Source of the DNA: Escherichia phage PGN6866
Sequence record: MT127620
Strand: one strand, 5' to 3'
Length of the DNA: 64,000 nt
Part shown: in pieces, positions 29,363-41,834 of the stretch
Position numbering within the stretch: position 1 is the first letter of the stretch
How the letters are laid out: each line of letters opens with the position of its first letter
Notes under the pieces: model-generated
Told to the model about the DNA's origin: nothing
The model's database searches: none
Seen by the model: the letters and a program-made list of their open reading frames with translations, nothing else
Position numbers and translations under genes: made by a program

Positions 29363-30415
29363 ATGTCTTTATTTGGAAAATCAGCTTCTAGCAAAACCAC
29401 AGTGGCCCCTTCCTCTCAGGTTGATGCCCTGCTGAAGCAGATTGTTGCTAATGCTCAAAATATGCAGAACAACGATCCGGGATTCATCTCCCAACAGCTG
29501 GCTGGGTTTAATGGCAACCAACAAGGTGCTCTGAACAACTTAGCAGCTTCTATTACTCAGAAGAAACTAGCTGATATGTATACACCACGTACACAGCAAG
29601 GGTTGGACCAATTAAACTCTCTTGCCCAGCAGTATCAGAATATTGTTAATGGTGGTGGAGTAACGGCTGAAGGGGTTAATAACTTTAGTAAAGGTTTGAA
29701 TAACTCAGCCCTTGCACAAGCTACTAGCAAAGCAGCTTCTAATGTCTCTCTTGGCAATGGTTCTGATTCAGGTTCTCTCCGTAGAGCTGCTGCTCAAGGT
29801 GCTGCTCTGAACAGTGCTAATACAAACTTAGCTCGTACTATCAGTGGCAAGAATATGGGAATCAGCGCTCTTCAACAAGATCAAAACTTCCAGAGAGGCT
29901 TACTTGGCGCTCAGTCAGGATTGGCTGGACAGAATCTCAATCTTGGTGCTCAAGGTGTTCAGGCAACTCAACAAGCTATCCAGAATCAACTCATGGCTGG
30001 TAATCTACAACAACAACAAGCCCAAGCTCAAGCTGATATTAATTGGCAGAACGCTATTGGCTCTCAGCAGTATGGGTGGAATCAGCTTAACAACCAACTT
30101 AATGTATTAAATAGTGTAAGCCCAATGGCTGGGTATACGATTAAGAATGCCACTCCGGGCGTTAATACAGGACAGCAGATTCTCGGCGCTGGTATCACTG
30201 GATTAGGTATTGCAGGTCGTATGGGTGCTTTCTCTCCTAATCAACAGACTCAGAATGCTTGGAGTTCCTATAACAACTCAGGTGGGCAATCTGGAATGGC
30301 TGGCCCTATGATTGGAGGTTCTAATCTTTCTCAACAGAGAGGTCAGTCTAACTGGTTATCCACAGCAGGTAGTAATATCTTAGGTGGTGTCTTAGGGGCG
30401 TTTGGAGCAAACTAA
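29363..30415 (+). CDS. Q/N/G-rich low-complexity virion protein
   Basis: 350 aa; NLQQQQAQAQADINWQNA and related tracts. Confidence 0.45.
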   Translation: MSLFGKSASSKTTVAPSSQVDALLKQIVANAQNMQNNDPGFISQQLAGFNGNQQGALNNLAASITQKKLADMYTPRTQQGLDQLNSLAQQYQNIVNGGGVTAEGVNNFSKGLNNSALAQATSKAASNVSLGNGSDSGSLRRAAAQGAALNSANTNLARTISGKNMGISALQQDQNFQRGLLGAQSGLAGQNLNLGAQGVQATQQAIQNQLMAGNLQQQQAQAQADINWQNAIGSQQYGWNQLNNQLNVLNSVSPMAGYTIKNATPGVNTGQQILGAGITGLGIAGRMGAFSPNQQTQNAWSSYNNSGGQSGMAGPMIGGSNLSQQRGQSNWLSTAGSNILGGVLGAFGAN

Positions 30416-30427
30416 AGGAGATTTGAT

Positions 30428-31396
30428 ATGGGACTTTTCGGAGGCGGGGGTAGTAAAACTACTTCCCAAATGATTCGCCCTGAATACATTCAACAGTATA
30501 TTGACCAGCTTAACCAACAGATTGGTAATACTAGTTCAGGGGATTATGTTTATCACGACAATGTAGGGTTTAATAATAATCAGACAGAGGCACTTAATAA
30601 CCTAGCACAATCTGGAGCTTTAGGCACTCTCTCACAGCAATACATGGATGCAGCAGGTCAAGGGTTAGGATATCTGGATAATGCCTATAAAGGCTATCAG
30701 AGCCTCTCTGGACAAGGTGGGATTACTGGAGAACAGATTGGTGCTCTCGCTGGTCAACTGTATGATGATGACGCTGTGCAAGCAGCCATTACAGCTAATA
30801 ATGAACAGGTTCAACAGAACTTGGCACGTAATGCTCTTCCTCAGTTAGCTCAACAGTTTGCTGGTCAACAAGGTTCAGGTGCTCGTATGGCTAAGTCTTT
30901 TGCCCAAGGTGATGCTCTGAATCAGATGCAAGGCCAAGCAACAGACATTACCAATAGTGCCTATAACTCGGCTATTAGCCAAGCTGAAAGCATCCTCTCT
31001 GGTAATAGACAGAATCAGGCAGCTGCTCTCTCTGGTCTTTCTAATATTGGTTCTAACCTTTCTAATCTAGGTCAGCAGGGTGCTAATTTGTCTCAACAGC
31101 AAATAATGAATCAATGGAATGCAGGGTTGCAGCAACAACAGCAACAACAGAATGAATATGATAATGCCTACCAGAATGCTCAGAACGCAGCTAATTGGGG
31201 ATGGCAAGATATCAATAACCAACTCGGTGCAGCAGGTGTACTTAACGGTGCTCTCGGACAAACCACAACTACTAAAACATCTGGTGGCAAAGGTGGTTTC
31301 CTTGGTGGAGCTATGAGTGGTGCAGCAGCTGGCTCTTCCTTTGGACCTTGGGGTGCATTAGCTGGGGGTGTAATCGGTGGGTTGGCTAGTACTTAA
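30428..31396 (+). CDS. Q/N/G-rich low-complexity virion protein
   Basis: 322 aa; GLQQQQQQQNEYDNAYQNAQNAANWGWQ; compositional paralogue of upstream gene. Confidence 0.45.
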   Translation: MGLFGGGGSKTTSQMIRPEYIQQYIDQLNQQIGNTSSGDYVYHDNVGFNNNQTEALNNLAQSGALGTLSQQYMDAAGQGLGYLDNAYKGYQSLSGQGGITGEQIGALAGQLYDDDAVQAAITANNEQVQQNLARNALPQLAQQFAGQQGSGARMAKSFAQGDALNQMQGQATDITNSAYNSAISQAESILSGNRQNQAAALSGLSNIGSNLSNLGQQGANLSQQQIMNQWNAGLQQQQQQQNEYDNAYQNAQNAANWGWQDINNQLGAAGVLNGALGQTTTTKTSGGKGGFLGGAMSGAAAGSSFGPWGALAGGVIGGLAST

Positions 31397-31409
31397 TTAG
31401 GAGATAAAT

Positions 31410-33065
31410 ATGCAACAGACAACTTACGCTCAGGTCAGAAGTCGTGACCCGAGAAATACTTTCTATGGTGTTAATCCGGGAGCGGCTTCGGCCTCTCCTT
31501 ATATGGCTAGACCAACTCAGACAGCAGATATTTCTATGTATCAACGTCCTGCTGTACCTTCATCTCTTGCGGGTCTTGTCTCTCAGGCAGAAGAAGATCA
31601 GAATGCTATGGTTAATCCGGGATTCCAGCAACGTCTTATGGAACAGCAGAATCAAGGAACTCCTACCAGTCTTCAGGGTATTGATATTGGAGCACCGGCC
31701 CCTGTAGCAGCTAATCCTAACCTATCCACTGATCAGGGTTTACAGGATGCTGGGCTTATGCCTAGTGACCCTCTTCCGGTAACACCTCCTCCTAAACCAC
31801 TAGAAGCTGGTCCTATAGAGTTTACTCCTTCTCAGGTGGAGCAGGCACAAGGTGTGATTAATACTCTTGCTCAAGGACAAGACGCTGGTGATGGGATGAC
31901 TGCTGCTACTCGTGCTAAAGATCAAGAACGTGTTAACAATGATATCTTGCAAGTTGCGAAAGCTAAAGACCCTTCAGAAGCTTGGAACAAACTACAGAAA
32001 GAACCATTCTATCAGAACTCTAGTTTCTACACAGGGTTGATGGGTGTAGGTCTTTCCATTATGTCAGGTAAGTCTCCTATCGAAGCTTTCCAGATTGGTC
32101 AGGGAATGGCTAATCAAGATGAGACTAAGAAGCAACTGGAAGCTAACCGTGATGCTCTGATTGAACAAGGTTTCTCTCAAGACTCAATCGCAGCTGCTAT
32201 TGCTAACGGAGACCCATCTCTTCTGAAGATGAAAGCTGTAGACCCTGCTCAGAAAGAAGCTCTGTATGCTGCTCGTGAAGAACGTCAGAATGCTGAATGG
32301 GACAGACGTCAACAGATTCAAGAGCAGGCTATGCGTGAACGTGCCGAGGAAACTCGTCGTGCTGCTGAAAAGAGAACTGATATGAACTTTGAACGTCAGA
32401 AAGAGTTGATTGGCTATCGTGATAAAGTTAAGGCTGAACGTGCTGAACAAGTTGCTCAAAGTTTCAACTTCCCCACGAAAGAAATTCGTAACGCTCAGAA
32501 TACAGCTGAAGGTACTATCGCTAAGCAATGGGCAGAGAAAGGTGGCTTGTTTAACCAGTCTAATAAAGACTTGGATTTGGCTGATAAAGCTGTTAAGGAC
32601 AAAGACTATCAGACGGCCCGTTCTGCTTACATGCAGGCTATCATGAACTCCGCAAGGGCTGAAATTGGTTCTACTCGTTCTCTCACTGAAGAAGATTTGG
32701 GACATTTTGCAGAAGACCCATCAATCTTTATCCGTGTAGGTAACAAGTTTGCTCTGAAGTCTGGATGGCGTCCTACTGATGCTGCTCTTGCTTATGCTCG
32801 TAAACAGGCTAACGTCGGTCACACCTCTGCTATGAAAGGTGTTGCTGATGCTAAGAGAGATACCATCAACGCTTATATTGGTTCTGGTATGGATAAGAAG
32901 AGAGCTACTGCATTGGTTAACCGTGCAATTCCTTCTGGCGGTTTCTATGACCCTCTTGGTGCTTTCTCTGAAGAAGCAGAGGAGGCAGTTGGTGGTGCAG
33001 CAACCAATCCTAAGCTTAACGGTGCTTTATCAGCTGTCGAAGACACTAGCTGGTTCACACAATAA
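31410..33065 (+). CDS. internal virion protein candidate
   Basis: 551 aa in the same co-oriented string. Confidence 0.4.
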   Translation: MQQTTYAQVRSRDPRNTFYGVNPGAASASPYMARPTQTADISMYQRPAVPSSLAGLVSQAEEDQNAMVNPGFQQRLMEQQNQGTPTSLQGIDIGAPAPVAANPNLSTDQGLQDAGLMPSDPLPVTPPPKPLEAGPIEFTPSQVEQAQGVINTLAQGQDAGDGMTAATRAKDQERVNNDILQVAKAKDPSEAWNKLQKEPFYQNSSFYTGLMGVGLSIMSGKSPIEAFQIGQGMANQDETKKQLEANRDALIEQGFSQDSIAAAIANGDPSLLKMKAVDPAQKEALYAAREERQNAEWDRRQQIQEQAMRERAEETRRAAEKRTDMNFERQKELIGYRDKVKAERAEQVAQSFNFPTKEIRNAQNTAEGTIAKQWAEKGGLFNQSNKDLDLADKAVKDKDYQTARSAYMQAIMNSARAEIGSTRSLTEEDLGHFAEDPSIFIRVGNKFALKSGWRPTDAALAYARKQANVGHTSAMKGVADAKRDTINAYIGSGMDKKRATALVNRAIPSGGFYDPLGAFSEEAEEAVGGAATNPKLNGALSAVEDTSWFTQ

Positions 33066-33132
33066 GACCTAAGTCCTGCCTTCTATAATGTATATAGGGG
33101 GTAGGACATTTTTATTTATAAAAGGAGACGTT

Positions 33133-36100
33133 ATGGCTAACATTAAACCGTGGGAAGAAGCTTCCAAAGCTCCTGCGTATCTGAATGCCTCTCCGGAGCA
33201 ACAAGCTCAAATGAGAGAACAATATAAGGCAGCAGGTGGCTCTATTCCTGAGGAACAACCAGTAGCACAACCACAACAAGAAGAACGTGGTGCTATAGGT
33301 GAGTTTGCTCAAGGTGTGTCAAATGCTCTTCAATCTGGTGGTGCAAATATTGCAGCTAGTGCTGCTAAAGGTATTGGTGGTTTAGTTGAGATTGGTGAGA
33401 ATCTAGCTGGAGCACAGACTAGTTATGGTAAGCGTATCCAAGAGAACTCTCAGAACCTTCTGAAAGAACGTATGGATAAGATTGAGGATGGGATTGGCAA
33501 AACTGTCGGTCAGTATGCTGGCGTTGCTGGCGATATTGGTATGACTGTTGCTAACCCATTGGCTGCTGCTGCTATCATCGCAGGTCGTGAGACAGGTCGT
33601 GCATATGCAGACCAAACCCCTGAAGAGGGAGAAGATAAGTCTATTCTAGATGCAGCCTTAGTTGGTGGTGCTAACTATGCGGCTCAGAGAATCCTTCCGG
33701 GTGCTGTTGGTACAGCTGAGTCCACACTTGGACGTATTGGTCAGAACGTTGCTAGTAACGCAGTGGCTGGTGCTAAAGGTGGTGCTCTTGTGGGTGCTGC
33801 TGAAGCTCAGAACAAGCACGGAGATGACACAACCTTTGCTAATGTATTAGAAAGTGCTATCGAAGAAGGTGCTATGGGTGCTGCATTCGGTGGTGCAGTT
33901 GGTGGGGTTCATGGTTTGATTAGCCGTCCGGATTCTGCTGTCTTCAAGAATACTCCAGAGTATGCGAAGACTGATATTGCTGCTGATGACGAACTGATTC
34001 GTAGTGCTAAGAATATTGATGAATTGAAAGAAGCTTACTCTAAAGCTGAAACTGCTAACGCTGCTTCTGCTCTGAACCTTCTGGATGAGAATGGATTCCG
34101 TATTACAGATGCTGTTGCTGTAGATTCTCCTGCTGCTCAGCGTATTCTTAATACTGACCAAGCTCGTGCTGAGAAAGCTGCTTCCGTTCAGAAAGAACAT
34201 TCCAACATTCCGGGCCTCAACCCTTTAGCTTCTCCTGCTAAGACTCGGGGTAAAGCATTCGCTGATAACGAGCACAACCAGAAGCAGGCTGTTGCTATGA
34301 AGGATGCAATGGCTGATTACACCAAAGACAACACGAAAGCCCTTACAGATGTTCTAGATAACCTAGACCGTGAATTAACTTCTCTCCGAGCTTCTGGTGA
34401 TTTTACTGGTAGTCCGATTGATATTAAGAACCGTACACAAGCCGACCGTGATTTCATTGATGCTTATAAGACTTTCTACAATGAAGCAAATCGATTCAAA
34501 GCTCGTGATGGTGAAGACTTTAATAACTTTGTAGAGAAAGCTGCTGAACTACAGAAGATGGCTGATAATGTTTCTCCAGAGATGAAGAAAGCTATCGGTG
34601 GGTTGAAGAAACTGAAAGGTATGCCTGAAGGTTTTAATCCTATTCAAGATGCTTACACTCTGAATAATACAGCTAAGTTTATGAGTAACCAAGATCGTGG
34701 TTGGACTTCCCTGACTGATGATGGATTCCGTGAGGCTTCTTCTCCTAGTCTGGTAATGAACACTCTCGGTGCTGCTAAATATGCTCTGAATCGCTTCTCT
34801 TCTCAGCGTGCCCGTTCTCAACGTGTTAAGCAACAAGAGTCTAACAGTGAAGCTATCCGCTCTCTGGCTCGTGGTGATTTGGAAGTTGCTCGTGCTAAAT
34901 CTACTGCTGATGAAGCTCGTGCTAAAATGGAAGAAGAACCAGTTGTTGATGACATTAAATTTAAGACGCAAAATGACGTAGAAACCGAACCGGTTCGGGA
35001 GCCTTCTTCTAGTACTGTGACGGAAGAAAATCTTCCTTCTTCTACTCCTCAAGAAACCCCTCTCACAGCTCGTGATTTAGTTGCGCAAAGACGCGCTATC
35101 CGTCAGGCTGAACAGCGTCGCGCTGAAGAAGAGGCAGCAGCAGCAGCTCAAGAAGCTCCGGTCGAACAAGCTCCACAGGCTGAACCTCTCCCTGCTCGTA
35201 ACCCTCTAGAGGAGCGTCGTGCAATGGAACAGCAACGTGCTCAAGAAGAGGCCGCACAGGCTCCAGAACCAACCGTAGAGGAACCAACAGTCAAAGCTGA
35301 GCCATTACCTGCTCGTGCTCCTAAAGCTCCTAAGGAAGCTGTACAGGACGTTAAACCGGCAAGTGGTGTAGAACGTTTAGCTGCTATGTCTAGTGCTGCT
35401 CGTCAGGCTACTAAAGATCGTGCAGAACGCTTTGCTCGTTCTCTGTACTCTAAGGCTGCTAAAGCTAAAGCTACTGCTGAAAACTTCTTGGCTTATAAAG
35501 GCGATCCTAAGGAACTGATGCGTCGTATTCGTCAGGAAGATAATGCTATCAACACTGAACGTCATGAAGAAATGGCTCGTAACCAGCTGGCTTCTCAGCA
35601 AGGTATTGCTACTGCTAAGAACAACACTGTACGAACTAATTTTGCTGAATGGGTTAAGGAACGTGGCCTGCCAGAAGATATTGCTACTAAGGCATTACGT
35701 GCTGAAGAGAAAGGCTTAGGTGGGAACGTAACTAACTTGGATAGTCTGAAACGTCGTGCTGAAAGGTTGTATCAGAAGCAGCGTGAGGATGAGTTTGATA
35801 GACTGTACCAACAAGCTCTAGAAGAGAACAAAGCTTTCGATAAGAAAGATGCTCCTAAACTGGTTGATCAGAAGAAAGAGCTTCAGTCTGAGATTGATGC
35901 TTTGATTGATTCAGAACCTTTACGTCCTGCTCAGAAAGATGCTATGCGTAAGCTGATGAATGACTTTGTAGATGGGAAGTTTAAATCTTCAGAGAAGGCT
36001 GGTAGGGAAGAGGCTTTGGAAGTTGGTCAGATGAAGGATATTTGGGATGGGTTTATTAACACCTATAACAGAGAAGTGAATGCCTTCAACAAAGCTAACA

Positions 36101-37557
36101 AGAACTCTCAGTATGAAGCTGCTGCTAAGCATTTACAGGCTCGTGAAGAACGTCTTGCTACCCTCAGGAAAAAAGCTCAGGCTCGTTCAGATGCTAAGGC
36201 TGCTGTTGAGAATGAACGTAAAACTCTAGAGGCTATTGCAGCTCAGAAGAGTGAGATTGAGAAGATGATGGAAGGTTTACCTAAACCTGTTCGTGAGGCT
36301 CAGGAATCTCGTACATTGAAACAGTTGGCTGCTCACCATGACAAGAACTCTCCAGTTCCTCCAGAGAAGTTCCGTAGTTACATTGAACGTATCCACAACG
36401 CCGAGTCAGATTACCTTGATCGTCAGCGTCGTTTAACTGATGCAGAGGAAGACGCTCGTCAGGCCAAGTGGAACAAGATGTATGAGCAAGCGGAAGAAAT
36501 GAACCGTAAGTTTGATGTGGACAAGAGAGTTAAGCGCAGTGAAGAGCTTAAAGCGGCCCAAGAGCGTGAGAATGACCTTATGGCAGTACAACGTCAACGT
36601 GATGACATTCATCTCCGCCTGATGCGTACTATGGAAGATAAGGGCATATCTAGAGAGGATGCTGAAGCATTTGCTGGTTCCTATATGGATAACCGTTATG
36701 CACTTCTTGAGAAGCCTATGACTCCCACTGAACATCAGAATGCTCGTTCTCGTATCGAAGCTGATGTTGAGAAGTTTGCTAAGAAGTACGAATCAATGAC
36801 TCCTATCGAGAAAGAGATTGTTAAGGTTACTGGAGATACTGAAGGTAAGCTTGATAACTTGGATGCGGATACTAGGAAGGCTATTGAGGAGGCTCAGAAG
36901 GTTGACTCTGATATTAAGAAACTGCAAGAGGAAGAGTTGGAGATGGAGAAGATTCGTTCTGCTCTGCCTGATGATGAAAGATCTCAAGCAAATTCTGATA
37001 TCTTGGAAAGCATTAAACAACAGGAAGAGGTCTTTGCTGATAAAGTAGAGAAAGCTTTCTTGAGTGGGAAGAGCTTGGATGAGTTGGCTAGTGTGGCTGA
37101 AGTTTTAGACAGGGTTCATGGTGCAGATAAGGCTGGTAACAACCGTCGCTTTGTACGTGCATTGCAGACTGCTGCTGAAAACAAGAAGAAGTATGGTGAT
37201 AATCCAGTAGCTTGGTTTAGTGCTGATGATTACTCTGCCATTGCTAAACTTGGTGCTTCTTCCGCAGGTGGTAACAAATCCAGAGCACTGGAGAAGATCT
37301 TTGGTTCTACAGCTGAACAGGCTAAGAGTAAGTTGCTTGGTAGGGATGATGTAGCGAAGATTAGACGTGTGATTGAAGAGAACCCTGATATCAAGATTCC
37401 TTCTTACAAGACAACGAATCGTACTGAGTACTTGCAGTTCTTGGAGAAGTTTAATGACGAAGGGAAGCCGAAGATTAAACGTGGCTCATTGTCAGAGAAG
37501 CTTGAACGCAGTAAGCGTCAATCGAGACTCCGTGTAAGAGTTCGACCTAAGGAGTGA
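33133..37557 (+). CDS. very large internal virion/ejection protein
   Basis: ATG at 33133 after AAGGAG; 1474 aa, highly charged, alanine-rich, helical; last gene of late block. Confidence 0.5.
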   Translation: MANIKPWEEASKAPAYLNASPEQQAQMREQYKAAGGSIPEEQPVAQPQQEERGAIGEFAQGVSNALQSGGANIAASAAKGIGGLVEIGENLAGAQTSYGKRIQENSQNLLKERMDKIEDGIGKTVGQYAGVAGDIGMTVANPLAAAAIIAGRETGRAYADQTPEEGEDKSILDAALVGGANYAAQRILPGAVGTAESTLGRIGQNVASNAVAGAKGGALVGAAEAQNKHGDDTTFANVLESAIEEGAMGAAFGGAVGGVHGLISRPDSAVFKNTPEYAKTDIAADDELIRSAKNIDELKEAYSKAETANAASALNLLDENGFRITDAVAVDSPAAQRILNTDQARAEKAASVQKEHSNIPGLNPLASPAKTRGKAFADNEHNQKQAVAMKDAMADYTKDNTKALTDVLDNLDRELTSLRASGDFTGSPIDIKNRTQADRDFIDAYKTFYNEANRFKARDGEDFNNFVEKAAELQKMADNVSPEMKKAIGGLKKLKGMPEGFNPIQDAYTLNNTAKFMSNQDRGWTSLTDDGFREASSPSLVMNTLGAAKYALNRFSSQRARSQRVKQQESNSEAIRSLARGDLEVARAKSTADEARAKMEEEPVVDDIKFKTQNDVETEPVREPSSSTVTEENLPSSTPQETPLTARDLVAQRRAIRQAEQRRAEEEAAAAAQEAPVEQAPQAEPLPARNPLEERRAMEQQRAQEEAAQAPEPTVEEPTVKAEPLPARAPKAPKEAVQDVKPASGVERLAAMSSAARQATKDRAERFARSLYSKAAKAKATAENFLAYKGDPKELMRRIRQEDNAINTERHEEMARNQLASQQGIATAKNNTVRTNFAEWVKERGLPEDIATKALRAEEKGLGGNVTNLDSLKRRAERLYQKQREDEFDRLYQQALEENKAFDKKDAPKLVDQKKELQSEIDALIDSEPLRPAQKDAMRKLMNDFVDGKFKSSEKAGREEALEVGQMKDIWDGFINTYNREVNAFNKANKNSQYEAAAKHLQAREERLATLRKKAQARSDAKAAVENERKTLEAIAAQKSEIEKMMEGLPKPVREAQESRTLKQLAAHHDKNSPVPPEKFRSYIERIHNAESDYLDRQRRLTDAEEDARQAKWNKMYEQAEEMNRKFDVDKRVKRSEELKAAQERENDLMAVQRQRDDIHLRLMRTMEDKGISREDAEAFAGSYMDNRYALLEKPMTPTEHQNARSRIEADVEKFAKKYESMTPIEKEIVKVTGDTEGKLDNLDADTRKAIEEAQKVDSDIKKLQEEELEMEKIRSALPDDERSQANSDILESIKQQEEVFADKVEKAFLSGKSLDELASVAEVLDRVHGADKAGNNRRFVRALQTAAENKKKYGDNPVAWFSADDYSAIAKLGASSAGGNKSRALEKIFGSTAEQAKSKLLGRDDVAKIRRVIEENPDIKIPSYKTTNRTEYLQFLEKFNDEGKPKIKRGSLSEKLERSKRQSRLRVRVRPKE

Positions 37558-37566
37558 TAAAAGAAA

Positions 37567-37605
37567 AGCCCCCAACCGAAAGGAAGGGGGCTTTATTATT
37601 TCTAA
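37567..37605. terminator. bidirectional rho-independent terminator between convergent modules
   Basis: AGCCCCC...GGGGGCT stem with 12-nt loop flanked by T-runs on both strands. Confidence 0.55.
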
Positions 37606-37917
37606 GTTTTAAAAACCATCAAATTCGTCATACATCCCAATTTTCTTCAGAGGTCTGGATGTTCATCTTCAAAGCACCCTGAGATACCACCAGTGAACCA
37701 ATCTGCTTTACTACCAAGAATTACAACTTCTTCACTCATACGTCCTCCTATATTGTGTTTATAAAATTAGTAAGTTTCTCTTCACTTTCATCAAAAGCTT
37801 TTCCAGCTGCTTCCATCTCCCAAGTATCGGCATTGTCAATAAAGCTCTGAGCTTCTAATAGGTCGTGGATTAAGTCGAAGAGTTTATTTTTATCTGCTTG
37901 TGTGATCATGTCAGTTC

Positions 37918-38145
37918 CTAGATTAAATCGTAATACTGAATAATGTCAGAGAGTTTGAACTCTCGAATCTCATCTTTCTCTACATCTATCGCTGTCATAA
38001 TCCAACAAGGTTTGCCACCGTTATGAAAACGGGAGCTAGCAACGGAGGTTCGGAGTGGAATAACGGACCGGTCAGCAACCTCGCCTCTCCAATTGCGATA
38101 GCGAAAGCGAAGCACTTGTTGCGTAGATTTTTGATCATCACTCAT
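37918..38145 (-). CDS. hypothetical protein
   Basis: ATG at 38145 (MSDDQKST...); track start 38286 would overlap the HNH gene by about 150 nt. Confidence 0.35.
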   Translation of the reverse strand: MSDDQKSTQQVLRFRYRNWRGEVADRSVIPLRTSVASSRFHNGGKPCWIMTAIDVEKDEIREFKLSDIIQYYDLI

Positions 38146-38539
38146 TTCCTTTTTTGAATTGTTTTCTTGCATCATTCTCTTCTTTTGTTTTAATCTTATG
38201 ACAAGGGTCTTTACACAGAACCTGAAAACCTTCTTTCTCACATAGAGCACGAGAGATGATTTCATCCCAAGTTGCTTCATGGTCAAGAGGAACTATAGGC
38301 TCTATGTGGTCAATAGCCATATCCTTTACAGGGCGGTCAGAACCACACATGGCGCACTTAAAGTGCATTGCCAGTCTGCCTGTCTTTGGATTAATCTTTT
38401 GCTCTGTCTTGGCGTCTGCTAGTGCATCGAACATTGGCTTCCACTTTCTAGTCAGAGAACGAATCCCTGACTTGATGAAAGAGTTGTAACGAGCTTCAGT
38501 CCACATTCCAGAGCATCTAGTCTTCTCAGCTTTCGCCAT
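38138..38539 (-). CDS. HNH endonuclease
   Basis: 133 aa; CAMCGS...IDHIEP...LCKDPCHKIK. Confidence 0.7.
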   Translation of the reverse strand: MAKAEKTRCSGMWTEARYNSFIKSGIRSLTRKWKPMFDALADAKTEQKINPKTGRLAMHFKCAMCGSDRPVKDMAIDHIEPIVPLDHEATWDEIISRALCEKEGFQVLCKDPCHKIKTKEENDARKQFKKGNE

Positions 38540-38717
38540 AACCTACACTCATATCATCTTCTTCCCATACACGTTTATCCACTCGGTGTGATACTTTTTC
38601 ACGTTTTTCTTTGATATAGCGGTTGCCTAATTCGTGGCTATATTTAATACGCTGCTCTTTACGAGATTCACGGTTGGAGGAGTTTTCATCATATGAACGA
38701 TAATCAAATTTACCCAT
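38526..38717 (-). CDS. hypothetical highly charged small protein
   Basis: 63-aa ORF between exonuclease and HNH genes. Confidence 0.3.
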   Translation of the reverse strand: MGKFDYRSYDENSSNRESRKEQRIKYSHELGNRYIKEKREKVSHRVDKRVWEEDDMSVGYGES

Positions 38718-38730
38718 TATAATATCCTTA

Positions 38731-39549
38731 TTACCAAGATTTATCTAACCATGTCCAGTCGAACAGGTCTTCCGGAGTCTGACCAACAAAGAGCAGCCGA
38801 GCATTCTCAAGCATCTTCTCTTCATCTTCAGTATCGAACTTCTTATAATATTCCATTCGTACTATATGATACATGGTCCACTTATCTGTAACACCAGCCA
38901 ACAGATTAGCTGCTGCTTTCTTTCCAACACCTTGGCGTCGTAGCTGGAGCTTACCACCCCACATAACTTCTTTACGTTCACCGCATCCGGGGATATTATC
39001 TGTACCATCCCCAATCAACATTTGATAGAAGAAGTTTTGCCATGATACCAAATCAGATACATAATGAGGAGGTACTTCTCTTTGTTTCTCTCCACAAGCC
39101 CAGCGATAATGCCATCCGGGGGTTATTAATAAATCTTTGTCTCTAGTACAGATGATGGTGTTCTTATCCCTACGCTGTCTCTCAGCTAGCGCATCATCAG
39201 CCTCTCTTCCAAACACATCAATGTATTCGTACTTGTCTTTGATGTAATCTCCAACATTCTGCCAATGGAATGGTCTTTCTCCAGGAGGTCTATTTGCTTT
39301 GTAACCTTGTTGCTTGGCAACATCGAAACGGAAGTTACCACCTTCGCTGAAGTAGAATACAACCTTACTACAACCCGAGCGAGCTATGATTGTATCGATC
39401 TTGTACTGAAGTCGTTCAATCATGAAATTGTAATCAACTGGAACACGTCCTGTGTCAAGAAAGGGATGCTCCTGAGTAAGAGCACCCACTTCATATCGAA
39501 GAACGTCAGCATCCACTATAGCTACCTCAGGGAGCTTAACGTCTTCCAT
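38731..39549 (-). CDS. 5'-3' exonuclease / flap endonuclease family
   Basis: 272 aa; N-terminal IVDADVLRYE acidic cluster and internal TRDKDLL motif. Confidence 0.6.
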   Translation of the reverse strand: MEDVKLPEVAIVDADVLRYEVGALTQEHPFLDTGRVPVDYNFMIERLQYKIDTIIARSGCSKVVFYFSEGGNFRFDVAKQQGYKANRPPGERPFHWQNVGDYIKDKYEYIDVFGREADDALAERQRRDKNTIICTRDKDLLITPGWHYRWACGEKQREVPPHYVSDLVSWQNFFYQMLIGDGTDNIPGCGERKEVMWGGKLQLRRQGVGKKAAANLLAGVTDKWTMYHIVRMEYYKKFDTEDEEKMLENARLLFVGQTPEDLFDWTWLDKSW

Positions 39550-39550
39550 A

Positions 39551-40077
39551 TTATTCTCCTAACAACTTACGGATTTCATTGCGGAAGTTATCATACTCTT
39601 CAGGGTATTCAAACCCACACTCAAGAAGGGCGTAGTGAACAACCTTCAACAAATCCTGAACCTTATTCTTATCTTTGTGTCGATAAGCGTATTTGATCAT
39701 ATTGGTTTGTTGGAAGTTCAACTGAGGGTTTGCATGGTAAAACTCAACAGGCTGAATGATTTTAGATTCAGGGTTATAGTGTGCACCCCCAACCATAGTA
39801 TCTAAAGCTGGATTTCTTTTGCTGGTTTGTTCAGTTGTAGGCTTAAAACTGACTACAGGAACAGAGGAATAAATTGGATACTCTTCACCTACTGGCGGCT
39901 TTACTATCAACCTTTTCATTGCATACCGAATTTCTGTATCAGCAGAACACGAAGAGATTTCTTCAACAGATTTACGATAGCTATCAATAACTGCACGTAA
40001 CATAGAAATCGTTCTGGTCTTATCTCTTAATTTGTGACACAGATCAGCAATCTCTTCTTCCATAAGGTTAAACTTAT

Positions 40078-40087
<10 letters not shown>
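39551..40087 (-). CDS. hypothetical protein, DUF3310-like C-terminus
   Basis: 178 aa; GGAHY...IKYAYRHKDKN...DLLKVVHYALLE pattern recalled from memory. Confidence 0.35.
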
Positions 40088-41573
<1,486 letters not shown>

Positions 41574-41574
<1 letters not shown>

Positions 41575-41834
41575 TATTCTATTCCACGCTCTTTCAGAGC
41601 TTCTAACAATCCGTTGTGATTGGCAGCACATTCTGTGTACTGGTCCTGATACCACTCCAACGTAGTGGCTAGTGCTTTTCCTTGAGCACTTTCTAAAAGA
41701 GGCAGGTCAACCCTACATTCAGCTTTTAGGTTTGTTGGTAAGGGCATTGATTGCCTGCTGTTGTCGCTCATTGAACAAGCTGACATACTCATCACTAGCG
41801 CAGACATTATAAAAAACTGGTTTAGTTTTCTCAT
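41574..41834 (-). CDS. putative outer-membrane lipoprotein (o-spanin candidate)
   Basis: Start MRKLNQFFIMSALVMSMSAC with lipobox-like Cys; overlaps the upstream gene in another frame. Confidence 0.4.

Noticed and set aside
31067-37048. Antisense or alternate-frame ORFs within the Q/N-rich and giant virion genes (for example 32184..32705, 33847..34200, 34549..35052, 36433..36735, 36793..37048)
   Set aside because: Low-complexity or Leu/Ser-rich translations typical of shadow frames in long genes.
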